NCBI GenBank assembly: GCA_945877035.1
Contig: CAMCQH010000003.1
Coordinates: 326-64,325, forward strand
Direction of reading: 5' to 3'
DNA from: an uncultured Clostridium sp.
GTDB lineage: Bacteria; Bacillota; Clostridia; TANB77; CAG-508
DNA: 64,000 bases
Under the pieces are notes generated by a model. It did not search any database. It saw only the letters and a list, made by a program, of their open reading frames with translations, and was not told where the DNA came from. The position numbers were made by a program, and so were the translations under genes. Position 1 is the first letter of the stretch. Every line of letters starts with the position of its first letter. Positions 1-10,074 of the stretch are shown one piece after another.

Positions 1-1377
1 AAACTTGCATTTAGTTTCATCATAGTTTTTTATTAAGGCATCATATTCTTTTTTATATTTTTCTTGATTTTGTGCTACTCTAGAATTTATATCGATTAGG
101 TCTTGTATTTTTTCTACTTGTTCCGTTAGGCTATTTTCCAATTTTTCTTTTTCTTCTAGCAATTCTTTTTTGTTACATATCTTATCAAGTACTTTTTCTA
201 AATTTGAAATTATCTCATCTTTACTTTCAATTAATATATTAACTACATTTACAAATCTGCTTTCGATATCTTCAGACCTTATTGCGGGTGTTTTACATTT
301 CTCTTTTCCAGAGTATTTACTATTGCATTGATACATTACCCTTCTATACTTATCATTTGAATGCCATACTTTAGCTCCATAGCTACCACCACATTCTCCA
401 CATCTAATCTTCGCTGTCAAAATATCAGTTCCACTATACTTACCCTTAAGCATTAATCGTCTATCAATTTCTAATCTTACCATCTCAAATACATCTGGTT
501 CTATAATCGCTGGATGGTTATTTTCAACATAGTATTGTTGTACCTCTCCATTATTTATTTTTTGCTTTTTAGTTAAGAAATCAACAGTATAATGCTTTTG
601 AAGTAACGCATCTCCTTTATATTTTTCGTTGGTAAGAATACTCCTAACAGTTGTAGCATACCATTTTTGTTTATGTCCTGGAGTCTCTATTCCATCATTT
701 GTTAGTCCCTTTGCAATAGCAACAGATGATGACCCTGATAAAAATTCACGATATATCCTTTTTACAATCATTGCTTGTTCTTCATCAATAACAAGGTTTC
801 CATCTTCTCCTTTTTTATAGCCTAGGAAATTATTAAATGGCACTGATACTTTACCATCGGCAAATCTTTTCCTGTGTCCCCATTTGACATTCTCTGATAT
901 GGATCTACTTTCTTCTTGAGCTAATGAACTCATTATTGTAAGCAACAATTCTCCCTTACCATCAAATGTCCAGATGTTTTCTTTTTCAAAATAACATTCG
1001 CACCCTATATCTTTTAGTTTTCTTATGGTTGTTAAGCTATCTACAGTATTTCTAGCAAATCTTGAAACAGACTTTGTGATGATTAAATCAATGTTACCAT
1101 CTAATGCCGATTTAACCATTTTATTAAACCCTTCACGATGTTTGGTTGAAGTTCCACTTATTCCTTCATCAGTATAAACATCTACAAATTCCCAATCATC
1201 TCTTGATTTTATATAATTGGTATAATAATCGACCTGTGCCTCATAACTTGTTAATTGTTCTTCTTGGTCTGTTGAAACTCTGGCATATGCAGCAACTCTT
1301 CTCTTTTTTACTATTCCAACCTGATTTGTAGATTGCTTATTTAGTAATGCTGGTATCGTTGTTACTTTTTTTGTCAT
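1..1377 (-). CDS. Large serine recombinase, C-terminus cut by window edge
   Basis: Absent from the ORF track because it runs off the window. My translation from ATG 1377 reads MTKKVTTIPALLNKQSTNQVGIVKKRRVAAYARVSTDQEEQLTSYEAQVDYY...TKSVSRFARNTVDSL (resolvase catalytic domain), then a recombinase domain and a Cys-rich region (CGECGGSYG...YQCNSK). It overlaps the stop of the upstream recombinase by 41 nt. Confidence 0.85.
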   Translation of the reverse strand, partial: MTKKVTTIPALLNKQSTNQVGIVKKRRVAAYARVSTDQEEQLTSYEAQVDYYTNYIKSRDDWEFVDVYTDEGISGTSTKHREGFNKMVKSALDGNIDLIITKSVSRFARNTVDSLTTIRKLKDIGCECYFEKENIWTFDGKGELLLTIMSSLAQEESRSISENVKWGHRKRFADGKVSVPFNNFLGYKKGEDGNLVIDEEQAMIVKRIYREFLSGSSSVAIAKGLTNDGIETPGHKQKWYATTVRSILTNEKYKGDALLQKHYTVDFLTKKQKINNGEVQQYYVENNHPAIIEPDVFEMVRLEIDRRLMLKGKYSGTDILTAKIRCGECGGSYGAKVWHSNDKYRRVMYQCNSKYSGKEKCKTPAIRSEDIESRFVNVVNILIESKDEIISNLEKVLDKICNKKELLEEKEKLENSLTEQVEKIQDLIDINSRVAQNQEKYKKEYDALIKNYDETKCKF

Positions 1378-2701
1378 TTTTCATCCTCCAACTCTTTTTT
1401 AATTTTTCTCCACGTTCTCTTCTTTTTTCTTCTGTCCAATATTCTTTTCTAGCATTGTATTCCCATTTCTCACTTATTATCTTTCCATCATTAAAATGAA
1501 ATTCTAGCAAGTCATCACCAATTACTATTACTTTTTTTATTTGTTCGTCAAATGCATTTGAGTCAAATTCATCTAATCCAAGAACTTTAGCTGACACTCT
1601 CTTTAATGCAATCTCATTTATAGTTTTTCCAGGACAGGCTTTTGATCCACCTGTTAATCTTGTACCACAAGTCCATATATGAGCTTTTATTCCATCAGAA
1701 TTTTTAGACCTTGAATTTCTCATATAATTCTTACCGCATATTGGACATTTTACTCTGCAAGAAAAACAAGTTATATTCTTACCAAAATTAGCTCTCTGAC
1801 CTTCTGCTTTTCTTCTTTTTCTTTCTTCTTGAACTTGAATAAACATCTCCATAGGAATTATAGCTTCGTGATTATTCTCTACATAGTATTTTGGAAGTTC
1901 TCCATTGTTTTTTACTTTTCTTCTTACCAATGGATTTGGTGTATAGGATTTTTGTAATAATAAATTTCCAGTATAAGTTATATTTAATAGCATATCTCTA
2001 ATAGTTCCAATATTAAAATATCCTCCATTAGTTGCAATCACACCCATCTCTTTAAGTTCTATCTCCATTCTTTCTGCTGATACTTTATTTAAATACATTT
2101 GAAATATGAGCTTTACTATTTTTGCTTCTTCAGGTTCTATTACTAAATTATCACCATCCCAACGATACCCATATATCTTATATCTGCATTGTGGTTTCCC
2201 ACTTTCAAATTTCTTTTTTATAGCCCATTTAATATTGTTACTTGTTGATATAACCTCTTCTTGAGCAAATGAAGCTAGTATTGAAAGCATAAGTTCTCCA
2301 TCCCCTGTTAAGGAACTGATGCCTTCTTTTTCAAATCTAACTTCAATACCTAATTCTTTTAAGTGCCTTACTACATTTAAAAGGTCAACTGTATTTCTAG
2401 CAAATCTTGAAATAGATTTTGTAAGAATAATATCAATCTTGCCTTCTTCACAATCTTGTAATAACCTTTTAAAATCATTACGTTTTTCAATTCCAGTACC
2501 ACTTATACCTAAATCAGAATAAACACCTGCAAATTCCCACTCTGGATTTTTTTGAATTAATTCATTGTAGTAACTAACTTGAGCAGAATAAGAATGTAAT
2601 GTTCTTCCTCTTTCAACTGATACTCTTGCATAAGCAGCCACTCTTTTAAGTTTAGGAAGTTCTATGTTTTTTGTTTCTAATTTTGTTATTGTACGCATCA
2701 T
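1337..2701 (-). CDS. Large serine recombinase
   Basis: 454 aa. N-terminal resolvase domain (RVAAYARVSVERGRTLHSYSAQ...TKSISRFARNTVDLL), recombinase domain and zinc-ribbon-like cysteines (CFSCRVKCPICGKNY...WTCG). Confidence 0.9.
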   Translation of the reverse strand: MMRTITKLETKNIELPKLKRVAAYARVSVERGRTLHSYSAQVSYYNELIQKNPEWEFAGVYSDLGISGTGIEKRNDFKRLLQDCEEGKIDIILTKSISRFARNTVDLLNVVRHLKELGIEVRFEKEGISSLTGDGELMLSILASFAQEEVISTSNNIKWAIKKKFESGKPQCRYKIYGYRWDGDNLVIEPEEAKIVKLIFQMYLNKVSAERMEIELKEMGVIATNGGYFNIGTIRDMLLNITYTGNLLLQKSYTPNPLVRRKVKNNGELPKYYVENNHEAIIPMEMFIQVQEERKRRKAEGQRANFGKNITCFSCRVKCPICGKNYMRNSRSKNSDGIKAHIWTCGTRLTGGSKACPGKTINEIALKRVSAKVLGLDEFDSNAFDEQIKKVIVIGDDLLEFHFNDGKIISEKWEYNARKEYWTEEKRRERGEKLKKSWRMKNDKKSNNDTSITK

Positions 2702-2724
2702 GCACCTCCATTTTTACCATTACT

Positions 2725-2756
2725 ATATATCACTCTAAATGATGTATATATCAAGT
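2725..2756 (-). promoter_or_regulatory. Copy A of bipartite promoter-like motif ACTTGA-N14-AGAGTGATATAT
   Basis: Minus-strand reading CACTTGATATATACATCATTTAGAGTGATATATAG, about 25 nt upstream of recombinase start 2701. Confidence 0.5.
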
Positions 2757-2911
2757 GTTATTGGGCTATTTCAAAGAATAAACTGCTTACTTTTGGTGTA
2801 TATTTCTTTTTAAATTCAGCCATCATCTGATTGTATTCTTCTATTGAAATAATCTTCTTATCAAGCATATCTTTTAAATAATTCATTGTAATTTGATAAG
2901 CTATTTCATTT

Positions 2912-3340
2912 TTAAGTTTCATCAGAGACCACCACCTTACGTTTGCTTATGTAGTAGCACTCCCTGGAACAATACTTTCTATTCCTTGATGGGTATTCAA
3001 AGTATTCTTTATTACAAACGATGCAGTTATACTTTTGAGGAATTAACCTACGTTGCTTATCTTTATGAAGAGTCCAATAAACCTTACAACAACTATCTGA
3101 ACAAAATGTTTTATTTTTCCTTCCTGCTATTTGGTAGAACTTCTTTCCACATTGTTTGCACACTTGGAGATTATCTTTTCCCTTTAATTGTTCTCCAGTT
3201 TTAATGTATCCTGCTATATTTTCCTTTTTACAAAAGGATCTAATTGTATTTGGAGAAATTTCTAGCAAAGATGATATTCTTAAATACCCATATCCTTGAC
3301 TTCTTAACTTTCTAATTTTTTGTCTTTGTATTTCATCCAT
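2912..3340 (-). CDS. HTH plus Cys-rich (zinc-ribbon-like) DNA-binding protein
   Basis: N-terminal HTH-like segment LRSQGYGYLRISSLLEISPNTIRSF and several Cys pairs (CKQCGKKF, CSDSCC, CIVCNKEY, CSREC). Lies directly upstream of the recombinase genes. Confidence 0.5.
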   Translation of the reverse strand: MDEIQRQKIRKLRSQGYGYLRISSLLEISPNTIRSFCKKENIAGYIKTGEQLKGKDNLQVCKQCGKKFYQIAGRKNKTFCSDSCCKVYWTLHKDKQRRLIPQKYNCIVCNKEYFEYPSRNRKYCSRECYYISKRKVVVSDET

Positions 3341-3421
3341 TGACTATTACCTCCTAAATAACAGTCAAAAATTAGTATGCGATTTTTAACCTATAAACAA
3401 AAAAAAATAGCTTTTATCATC

Positions 3422-3453
3422 ACTTGACTTTTAATAAAGAAAGAGTGATATAT
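3422..3453 (+). promoter_or_regulatory. Copy D of bipartite promoter-like motif (plus strand)
   Basis: ACTTGACTTTTAATAAAGAAAGAGTGATATAT, 22 nt upstream of ATG 3476, followed by an AGGAGG RBS. Confidence 0.5.
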
Positions 3454-3475
3454 AAAAGCTAGGAGGATTAATTTT

Positions 3476-3757
3476 ATGTATGATGAAATAAATCAAAATA
3501 AATTTGTGCTTGATTGCGAACGTTATATTGAATAGAATGTTGCAGCACCTTATATTGCATTTTATCTGGCAAGAGGTTATTCATTAGATGTTCTTGGCAC
3601 GTCATCATTGAAACAGCATTTTAATTCGGCAGCAGATGTTTTCAATATCTATTTTGAAAATACTGATAAAGTTATCACTGATATAAAACAAATATTGAAA
3701 GAAAAGTATAAATTAGAAATAGTTGAAGAAAATCCATTAAAATTAAAAGAGATATGA
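3476..3757 (+). pseudogene. Small plus-strand ORF with in-frame TAG at 3533-3535
   Basis: Strong RBS AGGAGG. The frame reads MYDEINQNKFVLDCERYIE-stop-NVAAPYIAFYLARGYSLDVLG...KLKEI and is followed by a hairpin at 3746-3777. Confidence 0.35.
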
Positions 3758-3777
3758 TTTTGCTTTCATATCTCTTT
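3746..3777. terminator. Hairpin between convergent small ORF and XRE gene
   Basis: Arms AAAGAGATATGA (3746-3757) and TCATATCTCTTT (3766-3777) are perfect complements. Confidence 0.5.
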
Positions 3778-4009
3778 ATTCTTCAAAAAATTTTTCAATA
3801 CTGACATCTAAAACTATGGATATCTTATATAGGGTTGTTAATGATATATTGTTTCTATCATTTTCAGATTCAATCCTTTTCAAATGATCAGGAGTTACAT
3901 CCACAGCTTCAGCTAAATCCATCAGTCTTACATTCTTTTCGTTTCTATACTTTTTAATATTTTGGCATATGACTGACTTGATGTTTTTATTGAAATTATA
4001 TTCTTTCAT
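3776..4009 (-). CDS. XRE/Cro-C1 family HTH regulator (phage repressor-like)
   Basis: HTH VRLMDLAEAVDVTPDHLKRIESENDRNNISLTTLYKI. Start moved to ATG 4009, which has an AGGGTGA RBS. Confidence 0.75.
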   Translation of the reverse strand: MKEYNFNKNIKSVICQNIKKYRNEKNVRLMDLAEAVDVTPDHLKRIESENDRNNISLTTLYKISIVLDVSIEKFFEE

Positions 4010-4132
4010 ATCAATCACCCTAATAGATATTATTCCATTTTTTTTACAAAAAATAAGTGACCTTCCGTGCCGAATTTCCATTTTTATGGTATACTATTTA
4101 TGAATCAAGCAAAAAAGGAAAGGAGTAATTGT

Positions 4133-4465
4133 ATGGACTATGAAAAATTGTCTAAAGAAGAGCTAATCGAAGCACTAAAAGAATCACAAGATTTAAACAA
4201 AAAACTTTTAGATTTAATGGAAATACAAAATAATAAATTTACCGAAATTTCCATCAAAGCATTAGAAGAACAAATTAAATCAAGACATAATTTTTTAGCA
4301 GAGTTAGAACAAAGTGAACCTCCTAAACTTTTTAAATCTTTACATCGTGATTGGGAAAACAAAGTTCACTACACAAAAAAAGACATTGAAGAATTAGACA
4401 AAAAATTATTTGAAGACTATACCGAGTATGGAGAGTTCATTGAAAAAATGAGCAAAAAAAAATAA
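4133..4465 (+). CDS. Hypothetical coiled-coil protein
   Basis: RBS AAAGGAAAGGAG before ATG 4133. Charged helical sequence, divergent from the XRE gene. No family recognised. Confidence 0.45.
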   Translation: MDYEKLSKEELIEALKESQDLNKKLLDLMEIQNNKFTEISIKALEEQIKSRHNFLAELEQSEPPKLFKSLHRDWENKVHYTKKDIEELDKKLFEDYTEYGEFIEKMSKKK

Positions 4466-4490
4466 GGACAGCGAATAAGCTGCCCTTTTG

Positions 4491-5465
4491 TTATGGTATT
4501 AATAATTTTTGACCTACGCTTATGATGTTTGGATTTGCTATATTATTAGCTCTTGCTATCTCTGGATATTTGTTTCCATCACCATAATATTTTTTAGCAA
4601 TAGCCCATAAAGTATCACCCTTTACTACTGTGTGATATTTTGCAGATGGTTTTGGTGTAACTCCTAATCTAGCATTTACTATTGATTGAATTACAGCATA
4701 ATCATAACCTGCATTAGTAAGTGCATTTTTTCTATCAGCACCATTACCCCAATTTCCATTAATGACTTCTGTGGCAATTTCATCATTGCTCTTTTTTGTT
4801 GGCTCGACTTTTGGAGTTTCTGGTGTTCCTTTTGAATAACCATTTAATCCAGCTTTTTTAATTATAGTTGGATAATCTTTATATGCATAATCTGTATCAA
4901 CTCTCATTCCAGAAATATAACCACTTGATGAATTTTGCCACAAACCATAATCACCATATTTAAATGAAGGCTTATTGCTAGTCCATACTGCAAGCCATTT
5001 ATCATACATAGATAATTTTGCAGTATCTATGAAATTATTAAAGTAATTACTATTAGCATAAATACCTACATAGTATCCTTTATTTTCTAAATATTCACAG
5101 AAACCTTTTATTGCATCTGCCATTCTTGATTTTCCTACTTGTTGGTGTCTATCTTCTTCAACATCCATATAAATTGGATATTCAAATTGTTTTCCTTTTA
5201 AACAATTATTATATAAGTATTCCGCTTCTGCTTTACCTTTTTCATAAGTATTAGCACAGCTATACCAATATGCACCTACAGGTATTCCTCTCGCTTTTGA
5301 TTTGCTATAAAAATCTTCAAAGCAACTATCCTTATTTTTATTAGTACCATCTCCACCCCATCCAGTGAATCCAGCTCTTAAAATTAAAAAATCAACTTTT
5401 GACTTTATTTCATCAAAATTGATTCCTTTTTGATAAGATGATATATCTAATCCTTTTCTTTCCAT
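4491..5465 (-). CDS. Endolysin: GH25 muramidase + Cpl-7-like repeat + LysM
   Basis: GH25-like KGLDISSYQKGINFDEIKSKVDFLILRAGF, Cpl-7-like NGNWGNGADRKNALTNAGYDYAVIQSIVNARLG, and LysM YHTVVKGDTLWAIAKKYYGD...GQKLLIP. Start set at ATG 5465, behind a GGAGGAG RBS. Confidence 0.9.
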   Translation of the reverse strand: MERKGLDISSYQKGINFDEIKSKVDFLILRAGFTGWGGDGTNKNKDSCFEDFYSKSKARGIPVGAYWYSCANTYEKGKAEAEYLYNNCLKGKQFEYPIYMDVEEDRHQQVGKSRMADAIKGFCEYLENKGYYVGIYANSNYFNNFIDTAKLSMYDKWLAVWTSNKPSFKYGDYGLWQNSSSGYISGMRVDTDYAYKDYPTIIKKAGLNGYSKGTPETPKVEPTKKSNDEIATEVINGNWGNGADRKNALTNAGYDYAVIQSIVNARLGVTPKPSAKYHTVVKGDTLWAIAKKYYGDGNKYPEIARANNIANPNIISVGQKLLIP

Positions 5466-5466
5466 G

Positions 5467-5862
5467 TTATTCTCCTCCATTCTTATCTTTTAATTGTTCT
5501 AATGTTCCAATTATTTTTTTAGGTAATGGCAATCCCATAGCCCCCCAATTTTCTAGAATTGATATTCCTTCATTTGCTACGAAAAAATAGATTACAAGAG
5601 TTCTAATTGCACCGGTTTCTCCAGTTATAGTATCTAACTGAACTGCCAGAGCAACTATTATCAAGTAACCTATCTTTTTCATTATTCCTTTAGCACCTAT
5701 TATGCTATTTAGTCTTTTATTCGTTATTGCTTCACATACTCCTGTAATATAATCGAGTAATATGAAAACTAATAATGTCTTTAGTGCCACATCTAAACCT
5801 CCTAAAAAGTACACTACCGTTGTAAGTACCGTACCTGTTATAAAATTAAAAATTGACTTCAT
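5467..5862 (-). CDS. Holin (phage_holin_4-like)
   Basis: 131 aa with several hydrophobic segments and the motif LDYITGVCEAI...GAKGIMKKIGYL. Immediately upstream of the endolysin. Confidence 0.8.
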   Translation of the reverse strand: MKSIFNFITGTVLTTVVYFLGGLDVALKTLLVFILLDYITGVCEAITNKRLNSIIGAKGIMKKIGYLIIVALAVQLDTITGETGAIRTLVIYFFVANEGISILENWGAMGLPLPKKIIGTLEQLKDKNGGE

Positions 5863-5882
5863 TTATTTTTCTCCTTTCAAAG

Positions 5883-7721
5883 TTAAGCAGTTCTTTTCCA
5901 ACAAAATACTGCTATATAAGGGACGATGTGTGTATGCGAATTCAATGTATGCGTATGTCCTTTACTTCCACCTACATATGAATTTTCTATAAGCCAGTTG
6001 TAAGTTGTATTGTTTGCATTCCAACTATATCCGCCTTCCATCATGTCACCTGTTGCTGAACCACTACTCCAATTCCACTTTCCTGCATTTCTCATTTTTA
6101 ATAAATGGCTGTGGTTTGGTATCTGATCAATAGTTAATGTTGTACTTCCTGTATTTCCACTTGCTGCTCCAGTTGATGTTCCAGTACCGTTTCCAGTTCC
6201 TGAACTATTTACGCATCCATATAAAAAGCCACCAGATAATCTTTGCCATGTTCCACCAAATAAGTTTTTAGGATCTGTTGAATTCATAGACATATAGATA
6301 CTTCCTACTGGATAAATCATGTCAAAAATACTCTTCCCATTAACTTCTAGTGATTCACTTTTTGATGGAAAACAATTCACACCAACTGATAATTTTTTTG
6401 TATCTACAAATAAAATAAATTGTCCTTTTGCAAGTGTGACATTATATGTTGTCGTACCAAACTTATCTTTTATTATTATTTGATAATTCCACGCATAATT
6501 TTTATCCTTACTCATAGTTACTTTTGTATTATTGCTTATGGTTGTTGCACTTCCATATGAACTATCTGTAGACTTCTTGAATGCATATGTAATCGTTATT
6601 GAGTTCTTACTATTTACACTTGAATACGATGCATTAACTGTTAAATAAGTTTCGTTTTCATAGTTATTTTTTCTCTTTAATGAAACTACTGCTGATGGTA
6701 ATGACCATGCTAAAAAAGTAACCGTTTTAGTAGCAGTTGTTGTATTTCCTCTACTGTCAGTTACTTTTACACTTAATGTTAAATTTTCACTTGAATTTAT
6801 CACACCATAGTCTATATTTCCTGCTGAAGTAATTGTTTTTGTTACTCCATTTATAGTTGCCTCATATTTACTTATACTAGCACCTTTCTTTGCAGTTGCA
6901 CTTGTTATTGTTACTAACAACTTTGAAAGATTTTGAACCAGCTGTTGATTATTTCCTGTAACTGCTGTTGTTGTACTATTGTTATCTTTATAACTTATAT
7001 TACTTGATGAAAAAGTAGGATTTCCATTTACTATTGAAAGAGTTTTTGTAATTGTAGAATAGAATGTATTTCCACCAATGATTGTCCTAACAAAAAAAGT
7101 AACACTTCTACTGTTACTTGTTGTACAGGCATTTCTTAATACATTTCTTTCAGCCTCTGTTAAATTAAACGTGTATGACGAGCCAGTTTTTGATATAGCT
7201 CTATATCCTACATCATCTTTTGAACCAGTAAGTGAAATACAAGCATCAAGATTATTTGCACTATTACCTGCTGGGTTTGAATAATTAATTGTTGGATTTT
7301 GTTCATCATTAAAGTCTGGTGCTGATGTCAAATTAGCTTGTCTTGGAATATTAGTTAATGCCCATGATCCACTTCCACTAACATTTCTAGCATATGTATA
7401 AATACCAGCCTCAACACTAGCACTAAATGATTTCGTACCATCCGAGTTATGTCCTATAGTCGCTTGTCCACTTGCTACCGTTGTTCCATTATATAAACTT
7501 ATTCTATCATTTTGTCCTGTTTCATAAACAGTACTTCCATTTATAACAACTTTAAAGCTACCTGCTTTATACCATGATGTCGTTGAACCACCAGCACCAA
7601 CTACTGACCAGTTGATTACTGTTCTATTATTTCCTATATCCTGTGAAGCTATGCTCCAGTTAAATGTTAAATACCTGCCACTATAACTACTTGTATTAAA
7701 TGAACCACTACTTGCCATCAA
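5883..7721 (-). CDS. Tail fibre / receptor-binding protein
   Basis: Last structural gene before lysis. Ser/Thr/Asn-rich, with a Gly-rich linker GTGNGTGTSTGAASGNTGS and C-terminal HxH motifs (NHSHLL, GHTHTLNSHTH). Confidence 0.7.
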   Translation of the reverse strand: MMASSGSFNTSSYSGRYLTFNWSIASQDIGNNRTVINWSVVGAGGSTTSWYKAGSFKVVINGSTVYETGQNDRISLYNGTTVASGQATIGHNSDGTKSFSASVEAGIYTYARNVSGSGSWALTNIPRQANLTSAPDFNDEQNPTINYSNPAGNSANNLDACISLTGSKDDVGYRAISKTGSSYTFNLTEAERNVLRNACTTSNSRSVTFFVRTIIGGNTFYSTITKTLSIVNGNPTFSSSNISYKDNNSTTTAVTGNNQQLVQNLSKLLVTITSATAKKGASISKYEATINGVTKTITSAGNIDYGVINSSENLTLSVKVTDSRGNTTTATKTVTFLAWSLPSAVVSLKRKNNYENETYLTVNASYSSVNSKNSITITYAFKKSTDSSYGSATTISNNTKVTMSKDKNYAWNYQIIIKDKFGTTTYNVTLAKGQFILFVDTKKLSVGVNCFPSKSESLEVNGKSIFDMIYPVGSIYMSMNSTDPKNLFGGTWQRLSGGFLYGCVNSSGTGNGTGTSTGAASGNTGSTTLTIDQIPNHSHLLKMRNAGKWNWSSGSATGDMMEGGYSWNANNTTYNWLIENSYVGGSKGHTHTLNSHTHIVPYIAVFCWKRTA

Positions 7722-7729
7722 ATCACCTC

Positions 7730-9385
7730 CTATGTTAATGGAACTATTCCAATTCCTGTATTATCTGTTGTTTGTATTCCTAGCCATCTTGCTAGACCAC
7801 ACAATGTTATTTCTTCTTCAATTACTGATTTCTTCATATGGAACTCATCACCATTCATCCAGAAAACTTTAGCACCTGTATGGTCATACCCAGTAAATTC
7901 TTCTGGATTGATTACAACTCTACTTCCATCTTTTCCATAAATGCATATTCCATTTTCATCGAATGTTCCAATTAGTCTGTTTGAAACATCATAGATTTCA
8001 ATTCTACCAGCCTCATTAATTTTTGCACCGACTTTGAAAGTACCACCTTTTACTTGATTGGCAGTCATATTGATAACATTGATATTTTGCATATCTAAAG
8101 TTCCATCAATTAACCAAGCTGAATTAAATCTTCCATTTATTCCTGTATTAGAGAATCCTATTCCTTGAGCGTTAATCATCATTACGTTTGTAGCTTTTTC
8201 CTTTGGTAGACTATCAACCACCAAAATCCTATCGCCTTCATAAATAACATAGCTGTTTCCAAGCTTACCCCATATTTTAGAGGTTGCCTCATTTAGTTCA
8301 TTTTCTAATGTTACTTTAACCACTTCATTTGCTGATGATATTTGTTCCTTTGTATCTCCTTTTATAGTTTTAACAAGATCCTTTAATTGAGTCTTAAAAT
8401 TACCAAACTCTATCTCTGTGTATTTATCTCGTATACAATCATATTTTAATGAGATTACATTTGTTGTTATCTTTATTCCAAGCTTTTCATGTTCTACTAC
8501 GATTACATCTCCTAAATCTACTACACCTTCTATATGAGCTTTTACTTTATAATTACATTTGAAGTACTGATTTTCCTCAAGGTATGCTATTGCTTGAGTT
8601 CTTAAATCAGATATTAATGCCTCTCTATACTCATCTTCTTTTAGGTTTCCATCTCCATCTTTGTAATCATCTTGATTTATATCCTGGTCAAATTTAATAA
8701 CTTTTGTATAAGGAATTGAATATTGCATTGCTGATTCAAGATAAACCTCTGGCAAAGTTATTCCATCATAACCAACTGGGAGTATTTTTGTTACTACATT
8801 ATCCCAGTTTTCTTTAACCTCTATGTCAGTTGAGTTTTTTCCATACTTAATTACAATGCCTCTGTCAGCTCCTATTGTTTCTTTTACTCCAATAACCCAG
8901 TTATCTCTATATAAGTGTCCTCCCCATTTTTCAACAACGATTGAGATTGCCTCTTCTAAACTTTTTCTAATCACTCTAGTAGAATTAATCCTTGTAATAT
9001 CTGATATTGTTGTAAAAGGTGTACCAACATCACAAGCACTATTTAAATGATCCAATGCATCATTGCAATTTTTATCAACGACATTTGAATCAACGATTAC
9101 ATAGTTTTGAGAGTCTTTCCAAAGATGATATCCTTTTACAGATACTTTGGTGTTTTTCTTTTCTGGATTAGTTAATCTAAATCCTTGCTCTCCCCATCTT
9201 GTTTTTGCTCTTATAATCATTCCTTCTTGAAGATATGGTAAGTCTTCAATTGATGATTCAATAGTTATATAGTAGTCGCCATTGTCTTCTATAAAGACTT
9301 CTGCTTTATTAGGATGTAATATTTTTAATCCATTGTGGTCAAATAATCTCTCGTCTGCATCATAAACTTTAATCATTACAACCAC
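7730..9385 (-). CDS. Tail-associated (Tal-like) baseplate / prophage tail endopeptidase family protein
   Basis: Position after Dit. N-terminus IKVYDADERLFDHNGLKILHPNKAEVFIEDNGDYY is typical of siphovirus minor structural/tail proteins. Confidence 0.7.
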   Translation of the reverse strand: MVVMIKVYDADERLFDHNGLKILHPNKAEVFIEDNGDYYITIESSIEDLPYLQEGMIIRAKTRWGEQGFRLTNPEKKNTKVSVKGYHLWKDSQNYVIVDSNVVDKNCNDALDHLNSACDVGTPFTTISDITRINSTRVIRKSLEEAISIVVEKWGGHLYRDNWVIGVKETIGADRGIVIKYGKNSTDIEVKENWDNVVTKILPVGYDGITLPEVYLESAMQYSIPYTKVIKFDQDINQDDYKDGDGNLKEDEYREALISDLRTQAIAYLEENQYFKCNYKVKAHIEGVVDLGDVIVVEHEKLGIKITTNVISLKYDCIRDKYTEIEFGNFKTQLKDLVKTIKGDTKEQISSANEVVKVTLENELNEATSKIWGKLGNSYVIYEGDRILVVDSLPKEKATNVMMINAQGIGFSNTGINGRFNSAWLIDGTLDMQNINVINMTANQVKGGTFKVGAKINEAGRIEIYDVSNRLIGTFDENGICIYGKDGSRVVINPEEFTGYDHTGAKVFWMNGDEFHMKKSVIEEEITLCGLARWLGIQTTDNTGIGIVPLT

Positions 9386-10074
9386 CTCGACTTCGGTTCA
9401 ATTTCTATTTTGGTTAAAGTTCCTGTCCAAGAAATAGTATTATTTCCTACTTCTAGTTTTGGAAATTCTCCAAGCATATTTCTATTCTTATAAACTCCTT
9501 CCAAGTATGCCTCTTCTTTTAAGCTATCAACTATTACTTTGTTTTCTCCATTTGGGAATGTATATTTAAATATGTTTATTCCATTAACTGCTATTTCAAT
9601 TGTTCCAGAACCTTCAAGCATAAAAATAGGCTTAGAAACTTCTAAGCCTTTATTTTCAACTTCAACTGATGTTTGAGTAGTAATACTTAAACTAACCTTG
9701 CTTTCATCTTTTAAATACTTGTATGGTTGAACATGAAATTTAACTGTTGCCTTTCTAATTTGTAACAGTCTTTCATAATCTACATCATCAAATATACTAG
9801 CAATATACACTTTATCTGGTTCATCGCTTAATATGAGCTCACCATCTCCTGTGAAGTATTTTATTACTTCATCAATATCATAATTTCTAGCTAGTCCTAT
9901 TCCTACATTTTTTGTATAACTTTCATATCCTACTTTTTCTATAATATCTCCATCTCTACCATCGATTTCGATTTTATCTACTTTCATTTTTGGTTTAGTA
10001 ATTGGTGGCGTATTTGTGATAATAAGTCCTTCTATTTCTTTACTTGATTTATTTTTCCATGTTATTTCTGCCAT
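9376..10074 (-). CDS. Distal tail protein (Dit, Sipho_tail-like)
   Basis: Follows the tape measure gene. ITWKNKSSKEIEGLIITNTPPITKPKMKVDKIEIDGRDGD. Confidence 0.75.
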   Translation of the reverse strand: MAEITWKNKSSKEIEGLIITNTPPITKPKMKVDKIEIDGRDGDIIEKVGYESYTKNVGIGLARNYDIDEVIKYFTGDGELILSDEPDKVYIASIFDDVDYERLLQIRKATVKFHVQPYKYLKDESKVSLSITTQTSVEVENKGLEVSKPIFMLEGSGTIEIAVNGINIFKYTFPNGENKVIVDSLKEEAYLEGVYKNRNMLGEFPKLEVGNNTISWTGTLTKIEIEPKSRWL

